Part shown: piece by piece, positions 31,525 to 42,777 of the stretch | Layout: each line of letters opens with the position of its first letter | Numbering within the stretch: position 1 is the stretch's first letter | NCBI GenBank assembly: GCA_963829055.1 | Contig: CAWHHI010000020.1 | Coordinates: 576,001 to 640,000 of the forward strand | Length of the DNA: 64,000 nucleotides | Direction: 5' to 3' | Origin: an uncultured Gemmatimonadaceae bacterium | GTDB lineage: Bacteria > Gemmatimonadota > Gemmatimonadetes > Gemmatimonadales > Gemmatimonadaceae | Translations under genes and position numbers: made by a program | The notes under the pieces: model-generated | Told to the model about the DNA's origin: nothing | Databases searched by the model: none | What the model saw: the letters and a program-made list of their open reading frames with translations, nothing else

Positions 31525-33105
31525 CGCGCTCGTGGCGTCGACGGACCGCAGCCCGGGAAAGGTCGCGGTACTCGCCGACGGCGCGGCGTACTCCTACGAG
31601 GCGCTCCTCGACGCGGCGCTCCGCTCGCCCGTGCGCTGCAGGACAACGGCGTTAGGCGCGGCGATCGGGTAGCCGTCTACCTCGAGAACTCCTGGCCGGC
31701 CGTCGTCGCGATCTACGGGACGCTGCTCTCGGGCGGCGTCCTCACGGTGCTCAATCCGCAGACGAAGGCCGAGAAGCTCGCCTACATGCTGCCGACAGCG
31801 AGGCGAGAGCGCTCGTGACCGAGCAGTCGCTCGCGCCCGTCTTCACCGCGGCGCTCGCGCAGGTGCCTAACGTGCGAGTGCGTGATCTGCAGCGGCGGCC
31901 TGCCGGACGACGGGCGTGACGTTGCAGCCGCTCGCGGCTACAGGCTGCTGGGGTTCGACGAGGCGCTCGCCAGCGCCGAGCCGCAGCCGTTGTCGCGTGG
32001 CGTGATCCCGATCGACCTCGCCGCGCTCATCTACACCTCGGGAAGCACCGGGAATCCGAAGGGCGTGATGCTCACGCATCAGAACATGGTCTTCGCCGCC
32101 GGGAGCATCGCCGAGTATCTGCGCCTCGACGTCAGCGATCGGATCGTGAACGTGCTGCCGCTCGCGTTCGACTACGGGCTGTACCAGCTGCTGATGAGCG
32201 TACTGCTCGGCGCAACGTTGATCGTCGAGCGCTCGTTCGTGTACCCGGTGCCGGTCCTCAGGCGCGTCATCGAGCAGGAGGTCACGGTCTTCCCCATCGT
32301 GCCCACGATCGGCGCGACGCTGCTGTCGCTCCACCGGAGCGGCGGGCTGGACGTTCCCATCAGTGCGTCGCGTGACGAACACGGCGGCGGCGCTCCCGCC
32401 GGAGTTCATCCAGCGGCTCACGACGGTCTTCCCGAACGCGCTCATCTTCGCGATGTACGGGCTCACCGAGTGCAAACGCGTCAGCTATCTGGAGCCGGAG
32501 CGGGTGCTCGAGAAGCCGACGTCCGTCGGCAAGGCGATTCCCGGCACCGAGGTGTTTCTCCTTTCTCCCGACGGCGCACCGGTTCCGGCAGGCGAGACCG
32601 GCATTCTGCACGTGCGCGGTCCGCACGTCATGGTCGGCTACTGGAAGCAGCCAGAGCTAACGGCGACAATGCTCAAGCCCGGTCGGCTCCCGGGTGAACG
32701 GGTGCTGTGCACGCACGACTTCTTCACCATGGATGCCGACGGCGACCTGTACTTCGTCGGCCGCTCCGACGACATCATCAAGACGCGCGGCGAGAAGGTG
32801 AGCCCGGTCGAGGTGGAGAACGTCCTTCACCGAGATCGCCGGTGTGCGTGAGGCGGCCGTGGTCGGCGTTCCCGACGAGATGCTCGGCGAAGCGATTCGC
32901 GCGTTCGTCGTGCTCGACGAGGGCGCGTCGCTGACCGAGCAGCAGGTCAAGCGGGAGTGCATGGCGCGGCTCGAGAGCTTCATGGTGCCGCGGGATGTCG
33001 TGTTCGTGCCGCGAGCTGCCGAAGACGGCGACGGCCAAGGTCTCGCGACGGCTGCTTCGCGAACACGGCGGCGCGGCGGTCATGGCTCAGTCGAAGAGCG
33101 GTTGA
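31493..33105 (+). CDS. AMP-dependent acyl-CoA/ACP ligase (frameshifted)
   Basis: YTSGSTGNPKGV, LPLAFDYGL, MYGLTECKR, GRSDDIIK..GEKVSP.EVE, LPKT. Confidence 0.88.
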
Positions 33106-33279
33106 TTCGGGCGCAGTGTCTCGCGCCGCTTTCGACGCCCCGATTCGTACCGTTCGCCGCATTCGAATGGCCCGTCAGCCTCACAGCTATCATATTCGAC
33201 TTCCAGCGTTGCGAGAGGCCCAGCTGTGGTAGGGAGTGGCATCTCCACACGTCCGGCGAGCTCGCGGAAACTCGCTGCT

Positions 33280-35097
33280 ATGTCCGTGTCGCGCATCCCA
33301 AGTCGAGCGAGCGCCGTCGGTTTGGTGGTATTAGTTGCGTCGGCTGCTCTGAGTTGCGGCAAGGGGGTGACCGACGCCTCATCCGGTTCTCCGAACACGG
33401 TCGCTTCAGTCGCCGTCGCGCCGGAGTCGGTGTCGATCCCCATCTCCAGGACGGCACAGCTCGAGGCGACGCTGCATAACGCAGCGGGGGATGTCATTAG
33501 CGGTAGGGCGGTGAGCTGGTCGAGCTCTAATCTCGCGGTTGCAACGGTCTCGACGTCCGGTCTCGCAACAGCCGTCGCCGTCGGGAACGCAGTTATTACC
33601 GCGACCAGCAACGGGAAGTCAGGGCGCGCGGACGTAACCGTCGTGCCCACGCCCGTAAATCGCCTGCTCGTGACGCCATCAACGGCATCGGTTGCCTCCG
33701 GGTCGACGCAGACGTTCACCGCCACAGCGTATGACGCCGACGGCAGCATCGTTGCGACGCCGTCCGTATCGTGGACCTCATCGAACACGGGCGTCGCAAC
33801 GGTCAGCGCTTCTGGCGTTGCGAGTGGCGTTGCTGGCGGGCTCGCCACGATTTCAGCCAGGTCCAGTGACAAGACCGCGAGCGCGACGCTCGCGGTGGTC
33901 TCGGCCGCGTCGTGCAAGCTGGTCGACGGCGCCGGCGCTGTCCGGACCTCACCGCTCGCCAAGCCAGGTTACCTGCAATCGGTCATCGACCCGGATTTTG
34001 GCACGACCATCACGCGCATTTCGGGCGATCCCGGAGCGCCGATCCCCGTGGTCGGAGGGACGTGGGGTACGACGGTCTATGGCAATTACCCGAAGGATCC
34101 GGCGTGGAACGCCGACCAGTCGCTTCTGCTTCTGAAACACACGGGCACCTCGCAAGCAGGGTTTCTCTTCCTCGACGGCGAGACGTATCGGGTGCTATTG
34201 GCGCGGCGCGGTCCCAGTGGCGTCATCGATACGCGCTGGCACCCGACGATGCCCGACATCATGCTGTGGGTGTCCGCGGACGGAAGCGTCAGCCACTGGA
34301 ACGTCAGGACCAACACGTCCATCGCGAAGTTTCGAGCGTCGGGATATTCCGGCGCGAGCTTCGGAAGCTACGAGGGAAACCCATCGCGCGACGGCAGGTA
34401 CGTCGCTGTACAAGCCTCGCGTAACTCGGACGGTCATGTCGTTGCTTTCGTCGTCGACGTGGACGCGGGAACCAGGTCCGGGGACGTCGACCTGACGGCC
34501 GCGAACATTACGGATCTCGACTGGGTGTCGGTCTCGGAAGGTGGCGGCTATGTCGTGGCGTACGGGACGATCGACGGCCGGCAGCAACGCACGAAGGTGT
34601 GGCGACGCGACGGGACTGCGGTGGGCTACTGGCAGGACTTCACCTTCGGCCATTACGACCTCGGGCTCGACGCGGCCGGCAACGAGGTCGCCTTTGGCGC
34701 CGTGGGCCAGTCGCCTTACGCCCATCACTTCGTCGCCCGGCGTCTGGATTCGGGGGCGATCACCGACGTCTCCGGCGCCCTAACGAGTTTCAACTGGCAC
34801 GCGACGACGCGCAACACCGCGCGCTCGGGCTGGGGCTATGCCGCCACGAACGACCGCACCGGGTATCCACTGGACGGGGAGATCTATGCGGTCAAGCTCG
34901 ACGGGTCGTTCACGGTGGAACGCTACGCGCACCATCGCGCGAACAACATCGACTACGACTCGGCCCCGTTCCCGACCCCCTCACCCGACGGCCGACGCGT
35001 GCTGTTCGCGTCGAACTGGGGCGAGGCGAGCGGGAGGCCGGTGCAGGCCTACGTCGTGGACACGCGGCAACTCTGCCCGAACGGGCTTCCGCAGTAA
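33280..35097 (+). CDS. Lipoprotein with two Big_2 Ig-like domains and an uncharacterised beta-propeller-like C-terminal domain
   Basis: Lipobox ALSC; two W.SSN..VATVS repeats; C-terminus PSPDGRRVLFASNWG. Confidence 0.8.
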   Translation: MSVSRIPSRASAVGLVVLVASAALSCGKGVTDASSGSPNTVASVAVAPESVSIPISRTAQLEATLHNAAGDVISGRAVSWSSSNLAVATVSTSGLATAVAVGNAVITATSNGKSGRADVTVVPTPVNRLLVTPSTASVASGSTQTFTATAYDADGSIVATPSVSWTSSNTGVATVSASGVASGVAGGLATISARSSDKTASATLAVVSAASCKLVDGAGAVRTSPLAKPGYLQSVIDPDFGTTITRISGDPGAPIPVVGGTWGTTVYGNYPKDPAWNADQSLLLLKHTGTSQAGFLFLDGETYRVLLARRGPSGVIDTRWHPTMPDIMLWVSADGSVSHWNVRTNTSIAKFRASGYSGASFGSYEGNPSRDGRYVAVQASRNSDGHVVAFVVDVDAGTRSGDVDLTAANITDLDWVSVSEGGGYVVAYGTIDGRQQRTKVWRRDGTAVGYWQDFTFGHYDLGLDAAGNEVAFGAVGQSPYAHHFVARRLDSGAITDVSGALTSFNWHATTRNTARSGWGYAATNDRTGYPLDGEIYAVKLDGSFTVERYAHHRANNIDYDSAPFPTPSPDGRRVLFASNWGEASGRPVQAYVVDTRQLCPNGLPQ

Positions 35098-35115
35098 CGC
35101 GCGCCCGCGGCACGC

Positions 35116-35799
35116 CTAACGAAAGTCGTCGGCGAGGTTCGCGCTGTCGTAGGGCAGCAGCCTCGCCGGTGGCGCGACGTACACGCCGCCCTCCTGCGTA
35201 TCGCGCAGCACAGTGGCGCCCGCACCGATCACGGTACGGTCGGCGATCGTTAGGCCGTCGCGCACCGTGGAGTGGATGCCGACGAAGCAGTAGGAGCCGA
35301 TCTTCACGTAGCCGGCGATGGCGATCATGCCGACGAGGAAGCTGTGATCCCCGATCGTCGAATTGTGCCCGATGTGGACGCCGGACCCCATGTACACGTT
35401 GTTGCCGATCGTGACGAACGGGTGGATAACGCTGTGCTCCAGGATCCAGCAGTTGTCACCGATCGTCAGGTCCGGCCACGTGTGCGCGCGCGAGCTGACG
35501 TAGCTCACGAGGTCGTAACCCTTCGCCTTCGCCTCGGCGTACTTCTCGGCGCGCAGCTCGTTCACGCGCCGGAAGCTCACCGAGATGTGCATCGCGTGCG
35601 TGTCGGGCGGGTGAGAGCGCTCGATGTCCTCGAACGGGACCACCGGCAGTCCCAGCATCGTCCTTTCGGTGATGTAGGCGCCATCGACCGTGAACGCGAC
35701 GACCTCGTGCGGCGAGTCGTGCGTGAGCACCGTGTGCGCGAAGCAGGCCATTTGGCCGTTTCCGAAGAGCACTACCTTGCGGGGTTTCATGTTCTTCAT
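35116..35799 (-). CDS. NeuD/PglD-like hexapeptide-repeat sugar acetyltransferase
   Basis: VVLFGNG, hexapeptide repeats TIGDNCWI/TIGNNVYM/HIGHNSTIGDH. Confidence 0.85.
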   Translation of the reverse strand: MKNMKPRKVVLFGNGQMACFAHTVLTHDSPHEVVAFTVDGAYITERTMLGLPVVPFEDIERSHPPDTHAMHISVSFRRVNELRAEKYAEAKAKGYDLVSYVSSRAHTWPDLTIGDNCWILEHSVIHPFVTIGNNVYMGSGVHIGHNSTIGDHSFLVGMIAIAGYVKIGSYCFVGIHSTVRDGLTIADRTVIGAGATVLRDTQEGGVYVAPPARLLPYDSANLADDFR

Positions 35800-36973
35800 G
35801 GTTCCTGACCGGCCATCGCGCGAGGCGCGCGGGCCGAGCGCCGCGGTCCGGCGAATGACGGCGACGACGCGCTCGAGGTCGGCCTCCGTGAGGTTGGATC
35901 CCGACGGGAGACAGAGCCCGCGGGCGAAGAGGTCGTCGGCGACTCCTCGGCCGACAATCGGCGACCGTGCGTAAAGCGGCTGCAGGTGCATTGGCTTCCA
36001 CACCGGCCGAGCCTCGATGCCCTCTGCGTCGAGCGCGCGACGAACGTCTTCGCGGTCGGCAGCCAAACTCCTCGCGGATCGATCGTCAGGGTCGTGAGCC
36101 ACCGGGTGTGCGTGCCCCACGGCGCCTCGGGCATGAACTCGATGCCCGGCAGGTCGCCTAGCGCCTCGCGGTAGAACGCGAAGTTCCGTCGGCGCGCCGC
36201 GACGCGCTCCTCGAGCACGCTGGAGCTGGCCGCGCCCGATCGCGGCGAGGACGTTGCTCAGCCGGTAGTTGTAGCCGATCTCCGAGTGCTCGTAGTGCGG
36301 CGCCGGGTCGCGCGCCTGCGTGGCCAGCTTGCGCGCGTGCGCGACGCAGCGCCTCGTCGGCGGACACGAGCATGCCGCCGCCGGCGGTGGTGATGATCTT
36401 GTTGCCGTTGAAGGAGAACACGCCGCATCGCGCCCGACGGTTCCCGGCGCGCGGCCCTTGTACGACGCGCCTAGCGCCTCGGCCGCGTCCTCGATCAGCG
36501 GGACACCGTACCGGGCGCACGCGGCGCTGATCGGATCGAGGTCGGCGCTCTGGCCGTACAGGTGCACGAGCACGACCGCCTTCGGGAGTCGGCCCCGGCG
36601 CGCGCGCGCGTCGAGCGCCTCCTCGAGCAGCGCCGGGTCCATGTTCCACGACGACGCGCTCGCTGTCGATGAAGACGGGCGTCGCGCCGAGATAGACGAT
36701 CGGGTTCACGCTGGCCACGAAGGTGAGCGTCGAGACGAGCACCTCGTCTCCGGGCCCGACGCCGGCGAGCATCAACGCGAGGTGCAGCGCCGCCGTGCCC
36801 GAGCTCACGGCGACCGCGTACCGCGCGCCGACCGCGGCGGCGAACTCCTCCTCGAACGCGTCGACGTGCGGACCGAGCGGCGTCACCCAGTTCGTGGCGA
36901 ACGCGTCGGCGACGAATTGCTCCTCGAGGCCCGAGAGGTGCGGCGAGGAAAGGAAGACTCGCTTGGAGGTCAT
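35796..36973 (-). CDS. DegT/DnrJ/EryC1/StrS sugar aminotransferase (PglE/EpsN-like), frameshifted
   Basis: LSSPH, SSGTAALHL, VHLYG, EDAAEALG, SFNGNKIIT, GYNYRLSN, RPVWKPMH. Confidence 0.9.
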
Positions 36974-36996
36974 TCGCTCTTGTCTGGGTGCCGAGC

Positions 36997-38007
36997 TCAC
37001 GCCACCATCGCGAACTCGTCGAACTTCGCCACACGCACGCCCAAGCGCGCTTCGAGTGCGCGGGGATCCGACACGTTGCCCAGCCGCCACGCCACGAGCG
37101 CCATCATGAGGTTTGCGCCAGCCATCTGAGAGAACGGAAGGCCACCCCCAATTCGTGGATTCAGGTCGATGATGACTGGGGGGGCGCCCGTGGCCATGAA
37201 CACGTCGCAGTCGAGCGAGCCAATGTGCCCGAGCGCGGTGCCAAGGGTCCTGCCAAGTGCCGCGAGCTCGTCGTTCATGACGGTCACCGCACGGTCAGTG
37301 CTACCAGCTCGCATGCGCAGCTTCTGGCGCGCCAGCGTGGTGACGTGACGTCCAGCAAGGTCGTTGATCACGTCGACGCCGTATTCATCGCCGACGAGCC
37401 GCTCCTGGATGAGCACGGATTCCTCGGGCGTCACTGCGCCAGCCCTGATCATTGACCGGGGTGCACGCAGCGTCGCGAGCTCGTGGATGAGCTCCAGCTC
37501 TCGCGCGCTGGCCGCCATCTCCACGCCGATCGACGTCGAGCCAAAACGCGGCTTCACAACGATCGGGTACGAGAGATCGTGCTGGAGAATGGCGCGCTGG
37601 GCCTCGGCGAGCGACAGCCACGTCCGGGGACTTCGAAGTCCGCAGCGCGCGAGAAATCGATTCGCCTCCCACTTGTCCTCGCACAGCGCGATGACGCGGG
37701 TGTCGGACACGACCGGGAACGCGTCGACAGCGAGAAATCGTTCGCGGTGTTCAGCGATTACGCCGAGCTCGCGTTCATTGAGCGGGATGACGAGACGTAT
37801 GGCGTTCGACGCACAGATGTCCAGGAGCGTGTCGACGTACGACTCTTCGGTGCATGGTGGAACCGCGAACGCGCCGTCGGCCTCGCTGAGCGCGGGTGCG
37901 TCGGCGGACGCTTCGGCAGCGAACAAGTGACCGTCCGGCGGCAGCGCGCGGCGCATGTCACGAAGGACGCGATTGGACCGGCCGACCGATGTGACCAGCA
38001 CGTTCAT
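36997..38007 (-). CDS. ATP-grasp domain protein (carbamoyl-phosphate-synthase-like)
   Basis: MNVLVTSVGR, CEDKW, VVKPRFGSTSIG, IQERL.G.EY.VD, DLNPRIGGG. Confidence 0.85.
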   Translation of the reverse strand: MNVLVTSVGRSNRVLRDMRRALPPDGHLFAAEASADAPALSEADGAFAVPPCTEESYVDTLLDICASNAIRLVIPLNERELGVIAEHRERFLAVDAFPVVSDTRVIALCEDKWEANRFLARCGLRSPRTWLSLAEAQRAILQHDLSYPIVVKPRFGSTSIGVEMAASARELELIHELATLRAPRSMIRAGAVTPEESVLIQERLVGDEYGVDVINDLAGRHVTTLARQKLRMRAGSTDRAVTVMNDELAALGRTLGTALGHIGSLDCDVFMATGAPPVIIDLNPRIGGGLPFSQMAGANLMMALVAWRLGNVSDPRALEARLGVRVAKFDEFAMVA

Positions 38008-38017
38008 TGCCCCCTCC

Positions 38018-39089
38018 TCACACGCCGACGGCGGCGTTAGGCGGTCGACGATACGCCGGGAAGAACCCCGGCGACGCATTGTCTGTCCGCAGCGACTCGT
38101 CACGCACGTTCGCCAGCTGATTGTACCGTTCGTCGTCGAACACAACGCGTACTGTATGGAACTCCGCTTCCAGCGGCGAGAAACCCGCTCTTGAAGCGGT
38201 GGAGTGACCCGCCACCTCCGCCGAGTCCTCCTCCGAGATTCAGCAACGTGGCGCCGAGATCCTTCGCCCACTGTCGGACGAAGTCGAACATCAGCTTCGA
38301 CGGCGCCTTTGGGAAGTGAACCTCGGCGGTGCCGCCCAGGTGGTATTCGGCAAGTCCATCGACCAGCAGGAACAGCCCGCTCGCGGCGACGTCTCCGTCC
38401 GGCCCGCGCACCGTGCACAGGTGAAGGCGGTCTCCGAGCATTGCCCGGAGCTCATCGAAGTACCGCTCGGAGAAGAAATAGAACGCACTCGCCGAATTGC
38501 GTTCCATCGTGGCGCGGTAAACTACCTGGAAGTCCGAATACGCGGTCCAGTTATCCATTTCGACCGTGTATCCCATGCGGATGAGCCGCGCGATATTGCG
38601 CCGGTGATCGAGGCGAGTCTCGGCCTGCCACTGCTCATAGCTCCTGGCCAAGTCCACGTACACGACACTCCCATGATGGACCACGGCCCCAGCCGCTCCA
38701 TAGAGTGCGGCCGGCATCGAATAGAACGGATGCAGCCGGATGAACGCGCTCACCAAGCCACGCTCGCGGCCAACATCCCGGAGTGCCTGTAGCGAGGTGT
38801 GGAGCAGGTCGGGCCGAGCGCCGCTGGTCGTGATCGGGCCAGAGTAGCCATACGGGCTGGTCGCGTCTCGCCAATCCGGTGGCGCGTTGAGGTCGGAGGG
38901 AAGCTCGCGCACCAGCAGTGGCATGAGCAGGGCATGCTCGCCCTCTTCGACGTAGAAGGCGACGGGTTCTCCGCACTCGTAGTTGCCGGCAACACGGCAA
39001 TACGCGGGAAGGTGGTAGGCGTCGTGAGGAGCACGGTCGAGGAAACGCTGCCACCGCGCGTCGTTCAGCGAAAGGAAGTCGGCGATCAT
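38018..39089 (-). CDS. GNAT/FemAB-like N-acyltransferase (frameshift near 38180)
   Basis: DAYHLPAY, SPYGYSGP, FIRLHP, YRATM.R, YHLGGT, LNLGGG, FKSGF, FFPAYR. Confidence 0.82.
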
Positions 39090-39245
39090 GCTGATGAATC
39101 AGGCCCCCGCGGCAGGCTTAGGCAACCTTAGAGCGGTCTCCGGCTCGAATTGGTGTTGCACATGCGCAGCAGACTGTGGGGTCATACAACAATCTGCGCA
39201 GCGCTAATTGAGGCCACGCGAAAACCCGGAGCGGAGGTCTAATTG

Positions 39246-39351
39246 GCAAGTCAATGGTACGCAAGAAGATAAGCGTCTACGAAAAACCACGTTTCGCCGG
39301 GCCGTCGAGCGCCGGATGTGCTATGGACAATTCCCGTACGCCCATTACAAT
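39246..39351 (+). promoter_or_regulatory. Putative promoter of the wza-wzc operon
   Basis: GCAAGT-N16-GATAA, GAAAAA..ACGT, TGGACA(39324)-N16-TACAAT(39346); same layout as 25121-25217. Confidence 0.55.
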
Positions 39352-39663
39352 GGGCTAGGCTGCTACGATTAGACTTCATCAATCTAACGTTAGGCAGCGT
39401 CGAGGTGGAGAGCCGCCCGTTGCGTCGAGGTCGCCTGACACCACGTCACGCCTCGAGACAGCGAACAGAAGCGTATTGTGTCGGCGGGCGGGGGGTCACG
39501 TGGAAATGAATTGTTTGTGCAGGCTCTCACCGAGCATTCTCGGTGTGGCTCGAGCCGATGTTCGCGTAACGACGCCGGGATGGCGTCGTGCTCGGACCAG
39601 GCACGTCGCTACGCCGCACGAGCTGCCGGCCTCACCGTTGCGCCTAACGCCATCACAGCAGCG

Positions 39664-40287
39664 ATGAAGGTCCTACTAATCATGTTCTCCCTGCTCCTTT
39701 GCGGAGCATCGCCGGCCGCGCTCGCCCAGTCTTCGGGTCCGGTGGCCAGCGGCGCGCTCAATCCTGGCGATGTCGTCCGGATCACGGTGTGGCGCAAGCC
39801 CGAGCTCAGCGGGGATTTCGTGGTCGCGGGTGACGGCTCCGTCTCCCACCCGCTCTATCGCGAGGTTCGGGTGACCGGAATCCCGCTCGCGGCCGTCGAG
39901 GCGCGGCTCCGGGAGTTTCTCGGGAAACTCGAGACGAATCCGCAGTTCGTCGTCGAGCCGTTGCTCCGAGTTGCGGTTGCCGGGGAAGTACGACAACCAA
40001 ACCTGTACACGTTGCGGCCGGAGACGTCACTGGGGCAGGCGGTGGCCATGGCAGGCGGCGCGACCGATCGCGGTCGGCCAGACCGCGTCCTGCTCGTGCG
40101 CGACAACAAGCAGGTGGTCGTAACGCTACGTGCCGCCGACCAGAGCGGGGCTGCCATGCCCATACGCTCCGGCGATCAGATCGTGGTCGAGCGGACGAGT
40201 GCGGTCTTTCGAGATTACATTGCACCGATCGTCAGCATCCTCGGCGCCACGGCGGCGATCGTGAGCGTGGTTATCTACAACCGATAA
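39664..40287 (+). CDS. Polysaccharide export protein (Wza-like, Poly_export + SLBB)
   Basis: LNPGDVVRITVW..PELSG, VAVAGEVRQP, AVAMAGG, IRSGDQI. Confidence 0.85.
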   Translation: MKVLLIMFSLLLCGASPAALAQSSGPVASGALNPGDVVRITVWRKPELSGDFVVAGDGSVSHPLYREVRVTGIPLAAVEARLREFLGKLETNPQFVVEPLLRVAVAGEVRQPNLYTLRPETSLGQAVAMAGGATDRGRPDRVLLVRDNKQVVVTLRAADQSGAAMPIRSGDQIVVERTSAVFRDYIAPIVSILGATAAIVSVVIYNR

Positions 40288-40294
40288 GGCGAGC

Positions 40295-42745
40295 ATGTCA
40301 ATCGTTCAGAAGGACCGCAACCACTCTCGCCGCGCAGCTACGATCCGGCGACAGTCTGACTGAACGTGAGCCCATCGTCGCGATGACATTCCCGCGAGGG
40401 GATCACGCTTTCGGATATCTTCAGCATCATTGCGCCGGCACGTGGTGCTGGTCCTCGCCGCGACCATAGCGATCGGCTCACTCGCCGCGCTTTCGGTCTT
40501 TCGGGAAACCCCGACCTACCGCGCGACCGCCACGCTTCGGCTCACCGACACGCGAAGCTCGATGACCGGGGCACTCGGCCACGGGGCCAGCGGACCCACG
40601 GCAGGGCACCAACCCCATGCTGTCGCAGGTCCAGCTCCTCAAGAGCAAGGCGCTGATCGGTGCGGTGGTGGATTCGGTGGGACTGCGGCTCCATCCGGTA
40701 GAGCGCGGATTCTCGGCCTCCGTGCTGAGCCAGGTCCGTGTCGATCCGGGGGTAGTGCAGGACACGTTCTTCCTCGCCTTCTCCAACGACGGATACACGG
40801 TCAGGAACGGGTCCCGTGACACCCGCGTCGCCTACAACGCGCCGTACCAGGCGGTCGGTGTGAGCTTCGCCGTCACGGCGAAGCCCCCGGTGGATCGCGG
40901 CACGCTCGTGCTGTCGCCGCGCGAGCAGACGATCGACGACTTCATCCTCAATCTCCGCGTAACGCCGCGCGATGAGACGAACGTCGTGGACGTCTCCTTT
41001 TCGGACGCGGTTCCGCAGGTGGCGCAGCGCGTCGTCAACACGCTCGTGAGCGAGTTTCAGGACGTCGACATCCGGCAAGCGCAGGGTGAGTCTCGGCGCC
41101 GCCGCATCTTTCTCGCTGAGCAACTCCGTGAGATCGACGGGCAACTGTCCAAGTCGGAAGGAGCGCTCGCTTCGTTCCGCAGCCGCGAGCAGGTGTTCAG
41201 CTCTCGCGAGAAGTTCCAGGCGCAGCAGACGGCGCTGATGACGCTCGACATTCGCCGCGAGGAGCTCGACGCGGATCGTCGCGTGTACGAGTCGCTAGTG
41301 CAGAAGCTGCAGCAGGCATCCGGCGACCAAAAAGATGATGAGCTGCGAACGCTCATCGCCGCGCCTGATGTCAGCACGAACCCCGTGGTCTCTCAGCTGT
41401 ACCAGCAACTCGCCCGGTATCAGACCTCGCGTGACTCGCTCACCACCGGCGAATGGCGGAGCGCCCCGGGCAATCCGGACGTGGCGCGCCTCGATCAGCT
41501 GATCTCGTCGACCGAGCAGCGACTCCTCGGCGCCGTCCGTGGACAGATCGCGACGATCGACGTGCGACGCGACGCACTGGGGACACTCCGGACGCGGAAC
41601 GCGGCCGCGATCGAGGCACTGCCGCGCGCCGAGTCGGCCGAAGAGCGACTCGTTAGGCAGGTGGAATCCAACCGCCTCCTGGCTGACCGCCTGAAGGACG
41701 AGTACCAGAAGGCGCGGCTGGCCGAGGCCGTGGAGGCGGGGCAGGTCGAAGTCCTGGACCTTGCGTCGTTGCCGTATCGGCCCGTCGCCCGGCTACGGAC
41801 GCTGCGGCTGCTACTTGGCGTCCTGGTCGGACTGACGCTCGGCGTACTCGGCGCATTGCTCATCGACAGCACGAACGCCCGCGTCCGGCGCCGCGTCGAC
41901 ATCGAGGAGGAGATGCGCGTCCCGGTGCTGGCTGTCATCCCGCGAATCGTGCCCGAGGCGGACGGCCATTCGCTGCGTCGGCTATCGGCGAGACTGGTCT
42001 CCAAGCGCGGGAACGCTCGTGCTGCACGACGGAACGGCCAGAGTGTACGCCCACAGAGCGCGGCTGCCTTCATGACGCCGGCGGGTAGCGAGGCATTTCG
42101 CCTGCTGCGTTCGAGCCTGAAATGGGCCCAGCGGGATGGCTCCGGCAAGACGCTCGTCATCTCGAGCGCCCTCTCCGAGGAGGGGAAGACGACCACGTCG
42201 GCGAACCTCGCCGTGGTGTACGCGCTCGAGGGAAAGCGAGTGCTGCTGATCGACTGCGATCTCCGCCGGCCACGACTGCACCAGGTTTTCCGCGTGCCGC
42301 GTAGCCCCGGGGTCGCGCAGGTTCTCCGAGAAGACATTGGTCCGGCGGCAGCGGTGCGGGACACGTTCTTCCACGGGCTCTCCTTTCTCCCGGCGGGTCG
42401 GGACACCGGTGGCGATCACCGACTACATCGGCTCCGATCGCATGCGAGCGCTGCTGGCGGCACTGTCGGATCACTTCGACATGATCATCATCGATACGCC
42501 GCCGGTTCTCGCAGTTGCCGACGCGGTCGCACTCGGCGCCGCTCGTTGATGGCGTTCTGTTGGTGGTCGGCGCTGGCACCACTGACCGCCATGCGGTGGA
42601 ACAGGCGCTCGGTCAGCTGGGGAGCACAGGCGCGCGGGTCGTGGGTGCGGTGCTCAACGATTCGCGCGGTGAGGTGGAGCGGTATGGTGGCAGCGACTAC
42701 TAACGTGTACCAGGACAACTACGCCGATATCGACGAGCGCCTAGC
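40295..42745 (+). CDS. Wzc-like polysaccharide co-polymerase / tyrosine autokinase (frameshifted)
   Basis: Two TMs, coiled coil, EAFRLLRS, Walker A EEGKTTTS, LLIDCDLRRP, IIIDTPP, Tyr-rich tail. Confidence 0.88.
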
Positions 42746-42777
42746 AGTTCGGCCCGATCGTCCTGAGCGCTCATCCA

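Noticed and set aside
33105..33279. Third c-di-GMP riboswitch upstream of the 33280 lipoprotein
   Set aside because: No GGCAAA or GACGCAAAGC core is present.
35116..36642. Aminotransferase-acetyltransferase fusion (508-aa ORF)
   Set aside because: The middle contains frameshifted segments; the aminotransferase frame has its own stop at 35796 overlapping a separate ATG, although the exact junction is uncertain.
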